Shown piece after piece: positions 33,966 to 45,142 of a stretch of DNA of 64,000 nucleotides. How positions within the stretch are numbered: the stretch's first letter is position 1; each line of letters opens with the position of its first letter. This DNA comes from Lysinibacillus sp. (GTDB taxonomy: Bacteria; Bacillota; Bacilli; Bacillales_A; Planococcaceae). Location of the stretch: assembly GCA_036638655.1 (NCBI GenBank), contig JAVWKG010000001.1:12146-76145 (forward strand), read 5' to 3'. Position numbers and translations under genes: made by a program. The notes beneath the pieces were generated by a model. The model was not told where the DNA came from. It made no database searches and saw nothing but the letters and a program-made list of their open reading frames with translations.

Positions 33966-34331
33966 TTAAGAATTCACTCGTTCATTCTCATCACGCGACA
34001 TCATTGTGCGCACAACTTGTGCGATTTCTTCCGTACTTTCATCTTGAAACTCAACTGTCGACGCTTTTTCCTTTTGTTCGAATTGCTCCTCTTGATCTTG
34101 CTCTGCCACTTCATCATTATCGTCATTCTGTAATATGCTTTCTTCAGGTGTATTGAATACATAAGCTATTAAATAACGAACTACAAACACCGCGAAAAAG
34201 ACAATAATAGCTGTTAGAAAAGAGCCAAACAAAATACGAGAAGGTGCATAGTCTTTAGGAAGCATTATGAAAAAGTAAATAGAGAATGCGATCAGTGCCG
34301 ACCAACAATTATAAAATATAGAACCGAACAT
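33966..34331 (-). CDS. Uncharacterised two-TM protein with an acidic tail, translationally coupled to cheD
   Basis: TGATG overlap with the cheD stop; 2 TM helices; tail EEIAQVVRTMM. Confidence 0.8.
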   Translation of the reverse strand: MFGSIFYNCWSALIAFSIYFFIMLPKDYAPSRILFGSFLTAIIVFFAVFVVRYLIAYVFNTPEESILQNDDNDEVAEQDQEEQFEQKEKASTVEFQDESTEEIAQVVRTMMSRDENERVNS

Positions 34332-34831
34332 CAAATCTCACTCACCCCTCGGTTAACTGTTCGAATATGTAATATCGATGTCGTAGGATCAAACTCAATC
34401 GTTCTTCCACTACTCCCACCAGTATCTTCAGCAATTAATGGAATCCCATTATTTTTCAGTTCTTGCTTTACCGCTTCGACATTTCGAGGTCCAATACGCA
34501 TAGAATTTTTGTCTGAAGTAAATTGGAACATCTGTGCTCCACCCGCAATTTTTGCTTTCAACTTAAACTTTTGAATACCTTCTAGCTTTAATAAATCAAT
34601 CATAGCTTTAATACCCGTATCAGCGAATTTTGCAACATTGATAGATTCCGCTCTTCCTAATGTGGAATCCGGTAACATGACATGTATTAATCCGGCAATT
34701 TTTTTTGACTCATCGTACAAAATCACCCCTACACACGAACCGAGACCAGAAGTTCGAATCGTATCAGGCATTTTTGCAACATCCATTTGCGCAATTCCAA
34801 CTTTGACAACTTGACCAGCATTATTAATCAT
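34331..34831 (-). CDS. cheD: Chemoreceptor glutamine deamidase CheD
   Basis: TSGLGSCVG, HVMLP, KIAGGAQMF. Confidence 0.96.
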   Translation of the reverse strand: MINNAGQVVKVGIAQMDVAKMPDTIRTSGLGSCVGVILYDESKKIAGLIHVMLPDSTLGRAESINVAKFADTGIKAMIDLLKLEGIQKFKLKAKIAGGAQMFQFTSDKNSMRIGPRNVEAVKQELKNNGIPLIAEDTGGSSGRTIEFDPTTSILHIRTVNRGVSEI

Positions 34832-34835
34832 GTGG

Positions 34836-35468
34836 TTAAGAAACTCCTAAAGCCTTAAATATCGAATCAAAGGAATCAGGGTCCGGCAATAGAAAGAAGT
34901 GTCCTCTTACTGTTTCCGTATCCTCAACACCGTCTTCAAAAATGGATGTGTTTATTACGATAACATTATCACTAACATGCGATAATTCGATTAAGCCAAT
35001 ACTAATAATTGCACCAAACATGTCAACACTTAACCCTGGAACGGTTGGGTAAATTTTCAACCCTGTAAAATCAGATAACGCTGATAAGTACGAGCCCGAT
35101 AAAATATTCCCCATTTCTTGCATCGCTGATAACCCTAATTCTGAAACAGGAGGGTTTTTAAAATCAAATGATTCATCTCGAATTAAACGTCTAATGAAAC
35201 GATTAGCTTGTTCAATCGGTAATATAAAGAACATGCTACCTTCAGCATCTCCTTCTATTCGTAAGAAAATGCCAACTACCACATTCTCGGAACCGCCCGC
35301 AAGCTCCATCATGTCATTAAACGACACCATCTCCACTTTCGGTACACGCATATCAATTTTTTTTTCAAGTAAATCGGACAGTGCTGTCGCAGCATGCGCA
35401 GCACCGATATTACCGATTTCCTTTAAGACATCTAAATGTAATGATGTGATTTTCTGATTAAACGTCAT
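34836..35468 (-). CDS. cheC: CheY-P phosphatase CheC
   Basis: DVLKEIGNIG, SAMQEMGNIL. Confidence 0.95.
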   Translation of the reverse strand: MTFNQKITSLHLDVLKEIGNIGAAHAATALSDLLEKKIDMRVPKVEMVSFNDMMELAGGSENVVVGIFLRIEGDAEGSMFFILPIEQANRFIRRLIRDESFDFKNPPVSELGLSAMQEMGNILSGSYLSALSDFTGLKIYPTVPGLSVDMFGAIISIGLIELSHVSDNVIVINTSIFEDGVEDTETVRGHFFLLPDPDSFDSIFKALGVS

Positions 35469-35477
35469 AAGTCATCC

Positions 35478-35924
35478 CTACTTCAGTGGATTTAGTACTT
35501 TCTCTAAATGTAATAAGATTAATAAGCGATTGTCTAATTTTGCAACACCAGAAATATACTCTTCTTCTAGTGAGCCGACCACTTGTGGCTGAGGCTCGAT
35601 TGAGCTAGCTGCAATATCCAGAACATCATTTGCAGAGTCTACTACGAAGCCAACTTCCATATCTTCTAAAGAAATAATGATGATACGAGTAGTTTCTTCG
35701 TTTGCAGATATAGGCAAATAAAATCGTTCGCGTAAATCGACAATTGGTGTTACAACACCACGTAAGTTAATAACGCCTTTTACGTAATTTGCTGTTTTAG
35801 GCACACGTGTAATATGCATTAATTTCTCAATTCCTTGAACGTGTGAAACAGGAATTGCATACTCTTTATCTGCTAATTGAAAAACAATTACTTTAATATT
35901 TTCTTGTTCAATTGCATTTGTCAT
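35478..35924 (-). CDS. cheW: Chemotaxis coupling protein CheW
   Basis: GVINLRGVVTPIVDL. Confidence 0.96.
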   Translation of the reverse strand: MTNAIEQENIKVIVFQLADKEYAIPVSHVQGIEKLMHITRVPKTANYVKGVINLRGVVTPIVDLRERFYLPISANEETTRIIIISLEDMEVGFVVDSANDVLDIAASSIEPQPQVVGSLEEEYISGVAKLDNRLLILLHLEKVLNPLK

Positions 35925-35951
35925 GTTTAACACCTCTCTTATTCATTCATC

Positions 35952-38003
35952 TTATTTAATTAGCGCATTGCAATCTACGATTAACGCAACTTTACCATTA
36001 CCTAGAATTGTCGCACCTGAAATAGCGAAGATATTTGTTAAATAATTGCCTAATGATTTCAGTACGATTTCTTGTTGGCCAATGAATGAGTCAACTACTA
36101 AACCAGCAAGTTTGTCTCCTTTACGCACGATAACAACTGAATGGAATTCATCATCTTGCACTTCATTGCGTGGAACTTCGAAAATCTCTTCTAAGAACAC
36201 TAAAGGTACAACTTTACCGCGGAAATCGATTACTTTTTGGTTATGGGCATTCATAATTTCAGATGAACGAATAATCGATGTTTCAATAATTGACGATAGT
36301 GGAATCGCATAAATTTCTTTCTCAATTTCTACTAACATAACCGAAATGATAGATAGTGTTAGTGGTAATTGAATGGAGAATACTGAACCTACGTCTTGTG
36401 TAGATTCAATTGAAATATTACCGCCAAGTGATTCAATTGTCGTTTTTACAACATCAAGACCTACACCTCGACCAGATACATCTGAAATAACATCAGCTGT
36501 TGAGAAGCCAGAAGCTAAAATTAGCTCGTTAATTTGTCGATCTGACATCGCGTTCGATTGTTCTTGTGTTACGACACCTTTTGCAAGGGCTTTGGCAAGA
36601 ACTTTATCTCGATTTATCCCTGCACCGTCATCTTCAATCTCGATGAATACATAGTTACCACTATGATAAGCACGTAATTCAACCGTACCTTCTTCTGGCT
36701 TCCCTTTCGCAAGTCGCACTTCTGGGTTTTCAATACCATGGTCTACTGAGTTACGGATTAAGTGAACAAGTGGGTCACCGATTTCATCGATAACTGTGCG
36801 ATCTAGTTCCGTTTCTGCACCAATAATTTCAAGGTTAATTTTTTTGTTTAAATCACGTGATAATTGACGAATCATTTTCGGGAAGCGATTAAACACCGTT
36901 TCTACAGGCACCATGCGCATCGTTAAGATGATTGTTTGTAAATCACCCATAACACGACTCATACGCTCTACCGTTTCGTTCAATTCAGTATGATTCACTT
37001 CTGTCGCGATAGATTGTAAACGTCCTCTATCAATTACTAGTTCTTCAAATAAATTCATTAAAATATCAAGTCGTTCAATATTTACACGAATTGTTTTATT
37101 CCCAACCGCTACATTCGCTTTACTTGTTTTCGCTGGTGTCGCTTTTTGCGATGCCGTACCATTAGTAGCCGGCACTCCCTCAGTAATAACAGGTGTGATT
37201 TCCACAATTGGTTGTTGTGAAGTATGATTCAAATGCTCTTTTGTAATAGTTGTTACCGTTACAACATCAACTTCCGATACTTTCATCAATTTCTTCTGCA
37301 TATCTTCTGCAGATTCTTTTGTCACGAATGCAACATAAAACAATTGATCGAATTGCTCGTCCTCTAATTTTTCAACAGACGGAGATGATTTAATAACATC
37401 GCCATCTTTTTCTAAAATTTCGAAAACCATAAATACGCGCGCCGCTTTTAATAAGCAATCTTCACGTAAAGTAACAGCAATTTCGAAAGCATTAAAACCT
37501 TGTTCAGCTGATTGAGAAATGACTGTTTGCTCAAAGCTATCGTATTCAAGAGCACCAGTAATCGATTCAACTGTTGTAGCCGCAACTTCAGTTACAGCAA
37601 CTATTGGAGCTGGAGCACCTGATTCACCTGACTCAATTTGATTAAGTGATGCCACAGTAGCTGAGACATCTCTTTTTCCATCTCCACCGCTGGCAATATC
37701 CATTACCATTTCTTCTAAGTGATCCACTGATTCAAAAACAACATCTAAAATTTCTGGCGTTACTTTAATTTTATCATTCCGAATTGCATCTAACACATTT
37801 TCCATTTTATGTGTTAAATCTGCTAAATCTTCAAAGCCCATTGTTGCAGACATACCTTTTAATGTATGTGCTGAGCGGAAAATTTCCCCGACGATTGCTA
37901 AATCTTCCGGATTTTTTTCTAACTCTAATAAATGCTGACTACATGCTTGTAAATGTTCTTTACTTTCCTCAATAAACATTTCTAAATATTGATTGACTTC
38001 CAT
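35952..38003 (-). CDS. cheA: Chemotaxis histidine kinase CheA
   Basis: FRSAHTLKG, HLIRNSVDHG, SGRGVGLDVV. Confidence 0.98.
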   Translation of the reverse strand: MEVNQYLEMFIEESKEHLQACSQHLLELEKNPEDLAIVGEIFRSAHTLKGMSATMGFEDLADLTHKMENVLDAIRNDKIKVTPEILDVVFESVDHLEEMVMDIASGGDGKRDVSATVASLNQIESGESGAPAPIVAVTEVAATTVESITGALEYDSFEQTVISQSAEQGFNAFEIAVTLREDCLLKAARVFMVFEILEKDGDVIKSSPSVEKLEDEQFDQLFYVAFVTKESAEDMQKKLMKVSEVDVVTVTTITKEHLNHTSQQPIVEITPVITEGVPATNGTASQKATPAKTSKANVAVGNKTIRVNIERLDILMNLFEELVIDRGRLQSIATEVNHTELNETVERMSRVMGDLQTIILTMRMVPVETVFNRFPKMIRQLSRDLNKKINLEIIGAETELDRTVIDEIGDPLVHLIRNSVDHGIENPEVRLAKGKPEEGTVELRAYHSGNYVFIEIEDDGAGINRDKVLAKALAKGVVTQEQSNAMSDRQINELILASGFSTADVISDVSGRGVGLDVVKTTIESLGGNISIESTQDVGSVFSIQLPLTLSIISVMLVEIEKEIYAIPLSSIIETSIIRSSEIMNAHNQKVIDFRGKVVPLVFLEEIFEVPRNEVQDDEFHSVVIVRKGDKLAGLVVDSFIGQQEIVLKSLGNYLTNIFAISGATILGNGKVALIVDCNALIK

Positions 38004-38018
38004 AAGAGGGCACCCCTT

Positions 38019-39158
38019 TTAAGACAAATATTTCATAATTGTTTGTGCAATATTATCAACATCAGCTACTTCATCGACAAGCTGCGTTTCCACAGCAGCT
38101 TTCGGCATACCATAAACTATGCAAGTATCTGCTGATTCTGCTATAGCGATTACATTGCCATTGCTCTTTAGTGCTTTCAATCCTTTTGAGCCATCATAGC
38201 CCATACCTGTCATTACAACAGCTACTTTATCGAAATCTGAAAACTGACTTGCATCCTCGAACATAACATCAACAGATGGTCGATGCCCCGATCGTGGTGG
38301 TTCTTGTTGATCGAGAATAATACCGTAAGATGTACCAACTTTTTTTAATTTCATATGATAGCCACCTGGTGCGATATAAGCAGTACCATTTTGTAAAATA
38401 TCACCATGCTCTGCTTCCTTCACATGAATTTTACTTAACTGATCCAGGCGGTTAGCTAACGATTTTGTAAAGCCTGCTGGCATATGTTGAACGATTAAAA
38501 TTGGTGCTTGAATATTACTTGGAATCTTCGTGATTACCTCTTGTAGTGCACGAGGTCCGCCAGTTGAAGTGCCTATCAGTACAACTTTTTTACTAATACG
38601 ATTCCAGTCTGTTTTCGTTCTCGTCATTTCAGTACTAATAACTGGCTTTGATACATTCTCTCGCTTCAGTATGCTTTTTATCGTGTTCATTTTTATAAGC
38701 GGCTCTTGCTGTATGGAACGGCCAAAAGATTTATTTAGCTTAACTACATGTACTTGTGCAGCTTGTTCGACCTTGTGTACAAGTTCTGACTGAATTTTAT
38801 GTAGGTCGAGTGAAATAGTCCCACTAGGCTTTGTAACAAAGTCTACAGCTCCAAACTCAATTGCAGAAAGCGTGTTATCTGTTCCTTGTTGAGTTGTACT
38901 TGACAGCATTACTACTGGCACTGGACAAGTAGCCATGATTTCTTTCAATGCATCCAAGCCATTCATCTCGGGCATTTCAATATCAAGTGTTACAACATCT
39001 GGCTTAAGTGTTTGAATTTTTTTTAATGCATCTCTTCCATTACGAGCCGTTCCAACTACCTCAACCTTCGAGCTTCCAACAAAAAAGTCACTAATTAGCT
39101 TTCTCATAAAAGCAGAATCATCCACTACTAAAAGTTTGCTTTTGTTAGAGAAGTCCAA
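38019..39158 (-). CDS. cheB: Chemotaxis methylesterase CheB
   Basis: Receiver domain plus GTSTGGP, QHMP, TGMGYDG. Confidence 0.97.
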   Translation of the reverse strand: MDFSNKSKLLVVDDSAFMRKLISDFFVGSSKVEVVGTARNGRDALKKIQTLKPDVVTLDIEMPEMNGLDALKEIMATCPVPVVMLSSTTQQGTDNTLSAIEFGAVDFVTKPSGTISLDLHKIQSELVHKVEQAAQVHVVKLNKSFGRSIQQEPLIKMNTIKSILKRENVSKPVISTEMTRTKTDWNRISKKVVLIGTSTGGPRALQEVITKIPSNIQAPILIVQHMPAGFTKSLANRLDQLSKIHVKEAEHGDILQNGTAYIAPGGYHMKLKKVGTSYGIILDQQEPPRSGHRPSVDVMFEDASQFSDFDKVAVVMTGMGYDGSKGLKALKSNGNVIAIAESADTCIVYGMPKAAVETQLVDEVADVDNIAQTIMKYLS

Positions 39159-40034
39159 TTAATCACGCCCTTTCGAAAAGATACTTTTCAATTTAGATAA
39201 AAACTTATTAGAAACCTGCTCATGCGCATGCACTTCTTCATTTCCTTGTTCCACAAATCGTTTCACAATTAACTTTAATGTTTTGGAAATTAAAGCATCA
39301 GGGTAGGCAATGACAAACGGAACTTGTTCACGTACTGCTTGTCTAACAACCGAATCCTCAGGTAATGAGCCTAGAAGCGTAACCTCTTTACTTAAAAACT
39401 TTTTCATAGCCAACTTCAGTCGGTCTAATGTCTCTTGCCCCTCTTCTTTAGAGAAAGCACGATTACAAAGTACATAGAACTTCTTATCTTCATCTCTTAA
39501 ATGCATAAACTTCATCATAGAATAGGCATCCGTAATAGACGTTGGCTCCGCTGTTGAAATCACAATAATTTCGTCGACTGCTGTTAGTAAGTCTAATGAC
39601 CACTGTGTTGCACCTGCACCCATATCAAATAATATATAATCAAATTCTTTTTGAAGCTCTTCAAATCCAGTAAAAAGCCTCTCAAACATATTATCGGTCC
39701 ATTCCAGTAAATTTGACATACCTGAGCCACCTGAAATATATTGCAAACCATGCGGACCTTCAAACATTACTTCTTCTAACATTCTATTCTCTTGTAAATA
39801 ATCTTTCAAACTATATGGAACACTCTTACCAATTAAAATGTGAATATTACCCATGCCGATGTCCATATCTACAATGACAATTCTCTTACCCTCTTTTGCT
39901 AGAGTAGTTGCAAAATTCATGGAGAAATTACTTTTACCAACGCCACCTTTACCACTAACGACAGCAATGGATCTACCTAATTCACCTTGACTTCTCATCA
40001 TTTTTATACGCAATGATTCAGCTTGGTCTCTCAT
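39159..40034 (-). CDS. flhG: MinD-like ATPase FlhG (YlxH)
   Basis: SGKGGVGKS, TSITDAY; follows flhF. Confidence 0.93.
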   Translation of the reverse strand: MRDQAESLRIKMMRSQGELGRSIAVVSGKGGVGKSNFSMNFATTLAKEGKRIVIVDMDIGMGNIHILIGKSVPYSLKDYLQENRMLEEVMFEGPHGLQYISGGSGMSNLLEWTDNMFERLFTGFEELQKEFDYILFDMGAGATQWSLDLLTAVDEIIVISTAEPTSITDAYSMMKFMHLRDEDKKFYVLCNRAFSKEEGQETLDRLKLAMKKFLSKEVTLLGSLPEDSVVRQAVREQVPFVIAYPDALISKTLKLIVKRFVEQGNEEVHAHEQVSNKFLSKLKSIFSKGRD

Positions 40035-41218
40035 TTTACTTCACCTTGAAATAACATATTAAAGACTACTTCTAAATCTGCTTCTTCTATATCTTCTGGT
40101 ACTTCTTGACCATTAGTGTAGTAAGCAAGTCCTTTATTATATTTAATCATTAAATTAATCATTGCGCCAATAGTATTTGTTTCATCCATTTTTGTGAAGA
40201 TAAATTTCTCTATATCCAAATGACAGAATTGATCTACGATTGCTTCCATATCTCGTTCTTTCCCAGTCATAGATAGCACTAAAAACGATTCCGCTTCTTC
40301 ATTAAATTTAATAAGTCGCTGTAAATCGTCTACATATCTCGCTTCTTTATAATTTCGACCAGCTGTATCTATAAATATTAAATCTAAATGGGACAACTTT
40401 TGTATAGCTTGTTCATAATCTGTCGCATTATAAACTATTTCGACAGGAGCTTGAAGTAAACCTGCATACGTTTTTAATTGTTCTATTGCTCCTATTCGAT
40501 ACGTATCTGTTGTAATAAAGCCAATTTTTTTCTTTTTTTCTAAAACTGCTCGCGCTGCCATTTTTGCAATCGTCGTCGTTTTCCCTACGCCAGTAGGTCC
40601 TAAAATATTTATAAATTTACGCTCATATGAAAGACCGCCAATTGGTAGTCCTTGCAACTGCTTACGCAATATATTTTTCGTAATTAGTTTGCACTGTGAA
40701 AAATTAATCTCCTCAGCTTCCTTACTATGTGCAAAAAGCTCATCACCAATCGTTGTGATGAGCTCCTCACTTAGCTCTTGTTGTCTTAAATATTCAATGA
40801 AAGGTAAGAGTTCATCAGGATATTGAGCTTGAGTAGTTTTTTTATGCATCGATTGCATAAGTGACTTTAAATCTGCTATTTCTTTTTTTAGATCGTCCGG
40901 TATATTCGGTTCATCATGTACCGATTGTTGCTTCGATATGTTATTTTTTTGAATTTGTAATTGGACCGCATCCGCAATTTCTTGTATTTGAGCTGTTTCT
41001 GCCATTGGCTTCGTATGGAGCGGTACAGGAGCCGGAACAACCGGCTCCTCTCGGTCCACACCTGCAACAACTTCAAAACTTTTTTGCTTCACTAATCCAA
41101 AAAACTTCTTTGTTACGACTACCTTTGAATTCAAAATGACGGCGTCTTCACCTAAATCAGCACGAATTAACTTCATGGCTTCAGGTATGGAAGATGCATT
41201 ATACTTTTTCATTTTCAA
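40031..41218 (-). CDS. flhF: SRP-like GTPase FlhF
   Basis: [32 protein letters not shown]. Confidence 0.96.
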   Translation of the reverse strand: MKMKKYNASSIPEAMKLIRADLGEDAVILNSKVVVTKKFFGLVKQKSFEVVAGVDREEPVVPAPVPLHTKPMAETAQIQEIADAVQLQIQKNNISKQQSVHDEPNIPDDLKKEIADLKSLMQSMHKKTTQAQYPDELLPFIEYLRQQELSEELITTIGDELFAHSKEAEEINFSQCKLITKNILRKQLQGLPIGGLSYERKFINILGPTGVGKTTTIAKMAARAVLEKKKKIGFITTDTYRIGAIEQLKTYAGLLQAPVEIVYNATDYEQAIQKLSHLDLIFIDTAGRNYKEARYVDDLQRLIKFNEEAESFLVLSMTGKERDMEAIVDQFCHLDIEKFIFTKMDETNTIGAMINLMIKYNKGLAYYTNGQEVPEDIEEADLEVVFNMLFQGEVK

Positions 41219-43248
41219 TCTACATTCACCAACCCAACGCTTTGAATTTCAATAGCAGCATCTAATTCATTATAAGAAAGCACAGGAATTTGAGGGAAAT
41301 AGCGTTCAGTTAGCTGACGTAAATACATACGAACAGCTGGTGAACATAAAATAATTGCCGACTGTTCCATAAATGATACACGTTCAACTTCACTTGCAAT
41401 AGATTCTAATACTGTTTGTGAATCTTGTGGATCCATCGCCAAGTAATTCCCGTGATCCGTTTGCTGAATACTATCAGCAATTATCTTTTCGACTTTTCCT
41501 GACACCGTAATAACTTTCAATTCCGGTTGACCACCTACATATTGTGCGGTAATTTGGCGGGCAAGTCCTTGACGTGCATACTCTGTCAAAATATCGGTGT
41601 CACTTGTAAGCTTTGCATAGTCAGCTAATGTCTCAAAAATAATTGGTAAATTTCGAACCGAAACATTCTCACTAAGTAGTTTCGCAAGTACTTTTTGGAT
41701 TTCTCCAATTGATAGAGGTGATGGCGTTAATTCCTCTACTAAAATAGGATATGTTTCACGTAAATGATCGACAAGCTGTTTCGTTTCTTGACGTCCTAAC
41801 AGCTCATTCGCATTAGCTCGAATCATTTCAGTTAAGTGTGTAGATACAACACTTGGTGGATCTACAACTGTGTAGCCAAGCATTTCGGCATCCTCTTTCA
41901 CTTGATCTGTAATCCATTTCGCTGGCAATCCAAATGACGGCTCAATCGTATCGATACCTTCAATTGAATCATCATCACCAGGGCTCATCGCCAAGTAATG
42001 ATCCAGTAGCAGTTCGCCTTTAGCCATCTCGTTGCCTTTAATTTTTATTCGGTATTCATTTGGCTGAAGTTGTATATTATCTCGAATACGCACTACAGGA
42101 ATGACAATACCTAGTTCTAATGCTAATTGACGACGAATCATCACAACTCGGTCAAGTAAATCTCCACCTTGCGCAGCATCTACTAAAGGTATCAATCCGT
42201 AGCCAAACTCAAATTCAATCGGATCAACATTTAATAAATTCACAACATTTTCAGGACTCTTCATACCGTCAGTAGCCACTTCTTCCTCAATTTCAAGTAA
42301 CTCATCTTCATCCTCTGGCTTTTTACGTCCCATCGAATATGCACCCGCAATTAGAGCAATACCTATTGGTAGCGTAATCCAATTCGGAATTGGTGTAAAA
42401 AGTCCAAGAAGTATTATTGTGGTACCTGCAACATACATAATTTTTGCCTGTGCAAACAATTGTCCAATAATATCTTCACCCAGACTCCCTTTCGATGAAG
42501 CCCTAGTTACAACAATACCTGTTGCAGTAGAAATAAGTAGTGCTGGAATTTGAGATACAATTCCGTCCCCAACTGTTAATTTTGAGAAATGTAGTGCAGC
42601 TTCTCCAAATGGTAACCCCATTTGAACTACACCAATGATAATACCAAACAGTAAGTTGATAATAACCATCACTATTGAGGCAATTGCATCCCCTTTAACG
42701 AATTTTGTTGCACCGTCCATTGCCCCGTAAAAGTCAGCTTCACCCGAAACTTTCTCACGACGTTCACGTGCTTCACGCTCTGAAATAACACCGGCGTTCA
42801 AATCCGCATCAATACTCATTTGCTTACCTGGCATCGCATCTAATGTAAATCGTGCTGCAACCTCTGCAACACGTTCCGAACCTTTTGTAATAACAATGAA
42901 TTGAATTAACACAAGTATCAAGAATACAACGAGACCAACGAGAACATTCCCGCCTACTACGAAGTCTCCAAACGTATCTACAACCGAACCTGCATCACCA
43001 TTTGCTAATATTGCACGCGTTGTTGAAACACTTAAACCCAAGCGAAATAGTGTTAATAATAATATAACTGATGGGAAGATCGAGAAATCCAATGCTTCTT
43101 TCATATTCATTGCTGTTAATAAGACAATTAATCCTAACGTAATATTAATGACGATTAGGAAACTTAACATCCACGTAGGAAGAGGGATAATGAGCATTGC
43201 TACAATCATAATAACTGCAGCTAAAACCCCTAAATCGCGTATTGGCAT
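41215..43248 (-). CDS. flhA: Flagellar export protein FlhA
   Basis: RVAEVAARFTLDAMPGKQMSIDAD. Confidence 0.98.
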   Translation of the reverse strand: MPIRDLGVLAAVIMIVAMLIIPLPTWMLSFLIVINITLGLIVLLTAMNMKEALDFSIFPSVILLLTLFRLGLSVSTTRAILANGDAGSVVDTFGDFVVGGNVLVGLVVFLILVLIQFIVITKGSERVAEVAARFTLDAMPGKQMSIDADLNAGVISEREARERREKVSGEADFYGAMDGATKFVKGDAIASIVMVIINLLFGIIIGVVQMGLPFGEAALHFSKLTVGDGIVSQIPALLISTATGIVVTRASSKGSLGEDIIGQLFAQAKIMYVAGTTIILLGLFTPIPNWITLPIGIALIAGAYSMGRKKPEDEDELLEIEEEVATDGMKSPENVVNLLNVDPIEFEFGYGLIPLVDAAQGGDLLDRVVMIRRQLALELGIVIPVVRIRDNIQLQPNEYRIKIKGNEMAKGELLLDHYLAMSPGDDDSIEGIDTIEPSFGLPAKWITDQVKEDAEMLGYTVVDPPSVVSTHLTEMIRANANELLGRQETKQLVDHLRETYPILVEELTPSPLSIGEIQKVLAKLLSENVSVRNLPIIFETLADYAKLTSDTDILTEYARQGLARQITAQYVGGQPELKVITVSGKVEKIIADSIQQTDHGNYLAMDPQDSQTVLESIASEVERVSFMEQSAIILCSPAVRMYLRQLTERYFPQIPVLSYNELDAAIEIQSVGLVNVD

Positions 43249-43271
43249 GTTTTTCCCTCCTACTTAAAGCT

Positions 43272-44360
43272 CTATATTTTTCGTTGCATTCTGTAAACAT
43301 AAGCAAGAATTTCGGCAACGGCTTTAAAAAACTCATCTGGCACTGGATCACCGATTTCAACTTGATCGTACATAGCACGTGCTAAAGGACGATTTTCTAC
43401 CATGATAATATCATGCTCTTTGGCAATAAGTTTTATCTTTTGGGCCACAAAATCTGTCCCTTTTGCAACGATTTTTGGTGCATCCATGCTTGTCTCGTCA
43501 TACTTCAGTGCGATTGCATAGTGCGTAGGGTTTGTAATAACAACATCCGCACTCGGAATCTCCGACATCATACGACGCATGGCCATTTCACGTTGGCGCT
43601 GTTTGATTTTCGATTTAATGAGAGGATCACCCTCACTATTTTTATATTCATCTTTAATGTCTTGTTTGGACATTTTAAGATTTTTTTCATAATCATATTT
43701 TTGATAAACCCAGTCAAGTAAAGAAAGACAAAGCAATACAAGTGAGGCAGCAATACCCATGATACTTGTCAATTGCCCTACTGTAATTAGTGTCACCCAT
43801 GGACTTTTAAATGACAATGCTAGTACTTTATCAAGATTCGTCCACAAAATCATTACTGTAACCCCACCAATGAAGGTTATCTTTAATGTAGACTTTAACA
43901 GCTCTACAATTGCTTTTACTGAAATAATTTTTTTAAATCCTTTTATGGGATCCATTTTTTTTAGGTCAAACTTCATTGATTCTGTTGTAAATAAGAAACC
44001 GAACTGTAAGTAATTCGCTGCAAGTGCAGCTAGAAAAGCTACTATCAGTATTGGAGCGATAATAATAGCCATTTCAATCATTGTTTCTAAGAAAAGTTCC
44101 ATAACACTGTCAATGGTTATTACTTCAACATGCATGTTATGAATAAACGTTTCCTTAAAGAGGGCTAAAATATTATCTCCTAAGGAGCCTGCAAAGAAAA
44201 ATAAAAAGATAAAGACCGCCAACATAACGATGGCACTTGAAACGTCCTGACTTTTTAATACTTGCCCTTTTTTTCGTGCGTCTTGACGCTTTTTAGGCGT
44301 TGCCTTCTCTGTTTTCTCACCAGCAAAGAACTGTATATCTAGTTCAAGTAGCAACAGCAT
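43272..44360 (-). CDS. flhB: Flagellar export protein FlhB
   Basis: EKTEKATPKK, NPTH autocleavage motif. Confidence 0.97.
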   Translation of the reverse strand: MLLLLELDIQFFAGEKTEKATPKKRQDARKKGQVLKSQDVSSAIVMLAVFIFLFFFAGSLGDNILALFKETFIHNMHVEVITIDSVMELFLETMIEMAIIIAPILIVAFLAALAANYLQFGFLFTTESMKFDLKKMDPIKGFKKIISVKAIVELLKSTLKITFIGGVTVMILWTNLDKVLALSFKSPWVTLITVGQLTSIMGIAASLVLLCLSLLDWVYQKYDYEKNLKMSKQDIKDEYKNSEGDPLIKSKIKQRQREMAMRRMMSEIPSADVVITNPTHYAIALKYDETSMDAPKIVAKGTDFVAQKIKLIAKEHDIIMVENRPLARAMYDQVEIGDPVPDEFFKAVAEILAYVYRMQRKI

Positions 44361-44361
44361 T

Positions 44362-45138
44362 TTATCCACCACCTAATATTGCCATCAAATCACGCATGCC
44401 ATAAATCATAATTGTGATTAGTCTTTGAATAACTTCAATCATTACAGCCATCATCGTGAATAGGACTAAAAAACTCACACCGATTTTAATTGGAAAACCG
44501 ACTACAAATATATTCATTTGTGGTACAGTTTTTGCAATAATTCCTAATGCTAAATCGACTAAAAATAATGTAGCAACAACGGGCGCTGCCATTTGGAACG
44601 CAATGGCGAACACTGCCGTAAATGTCGTAATGATGAAATCCATATATGCTTCATTTTGAAAGTTAGGAAACCCCTGATCCATCGGTAAAAATTGATAGCT
44701 ATAATAAATACCATCTAAAATCAAATGATGTCCGTCAATTGCCAACAACAACAGTAATGATAACGTATTAAAAAATTGACCGATTAAAGGACTTTGCGCC
44801 CCAGTTTGTGGATCAATAATATTCGCTATCGCAAAACCCATTTGAAAGTCTATAAAACTACCGGCAATTTGAATAGCAGACATTATTATATATCCTATTA
44901 AGCCTAATAAAACGCCTATCAATGCCTCTTTTAGTACTAAAAGTATGTACTCTCCATTGAGCACAAATGGCTCAACATCAATTGTATAATACATCATCCA
45001 AGCTAAAACGAATGCGAGAGTTATTCGTACTTGCACTGGAATCGTTCTGTATGAGAGAAGTGGCGCTGTTACAAAGAACGCCGTTACTCGTACGAGAACA
45101 AGCAAAAAAACCGTTATTTGAGGCATTAATTCATTCAT
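44362..45138 (-). CDS. fliR: Flagellar export protein FliR
   Basis: IDFQMGF, PQMNIFVVGFP. Confidence 0.96.
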   Translation of the reverse strand: MNELMPQITVFLLVLVRVTAFFVTAPLLSYRTIPVQVRITLAFVLAWMMYYTIDVEPFVLNGEYILLVLKEALIGVLLGLIGYIIMSAIQIAGSFIDFQMGFAIANIIDPQTGAQSPLIGQFFNTLSLLLLLAIDGHHLILDGIYYSYQFLPMDQGFPNFQNEAYMDFIITTFTAVFAIAFQMAAPVVATLFLVDLALGIIAKTVPQMNIFVVGFPIKIGVSFLVLFTMMAVMIEVIQRLITIMIYGMRDLMAILGGG

Positions 45139-45142
45139 GCGA

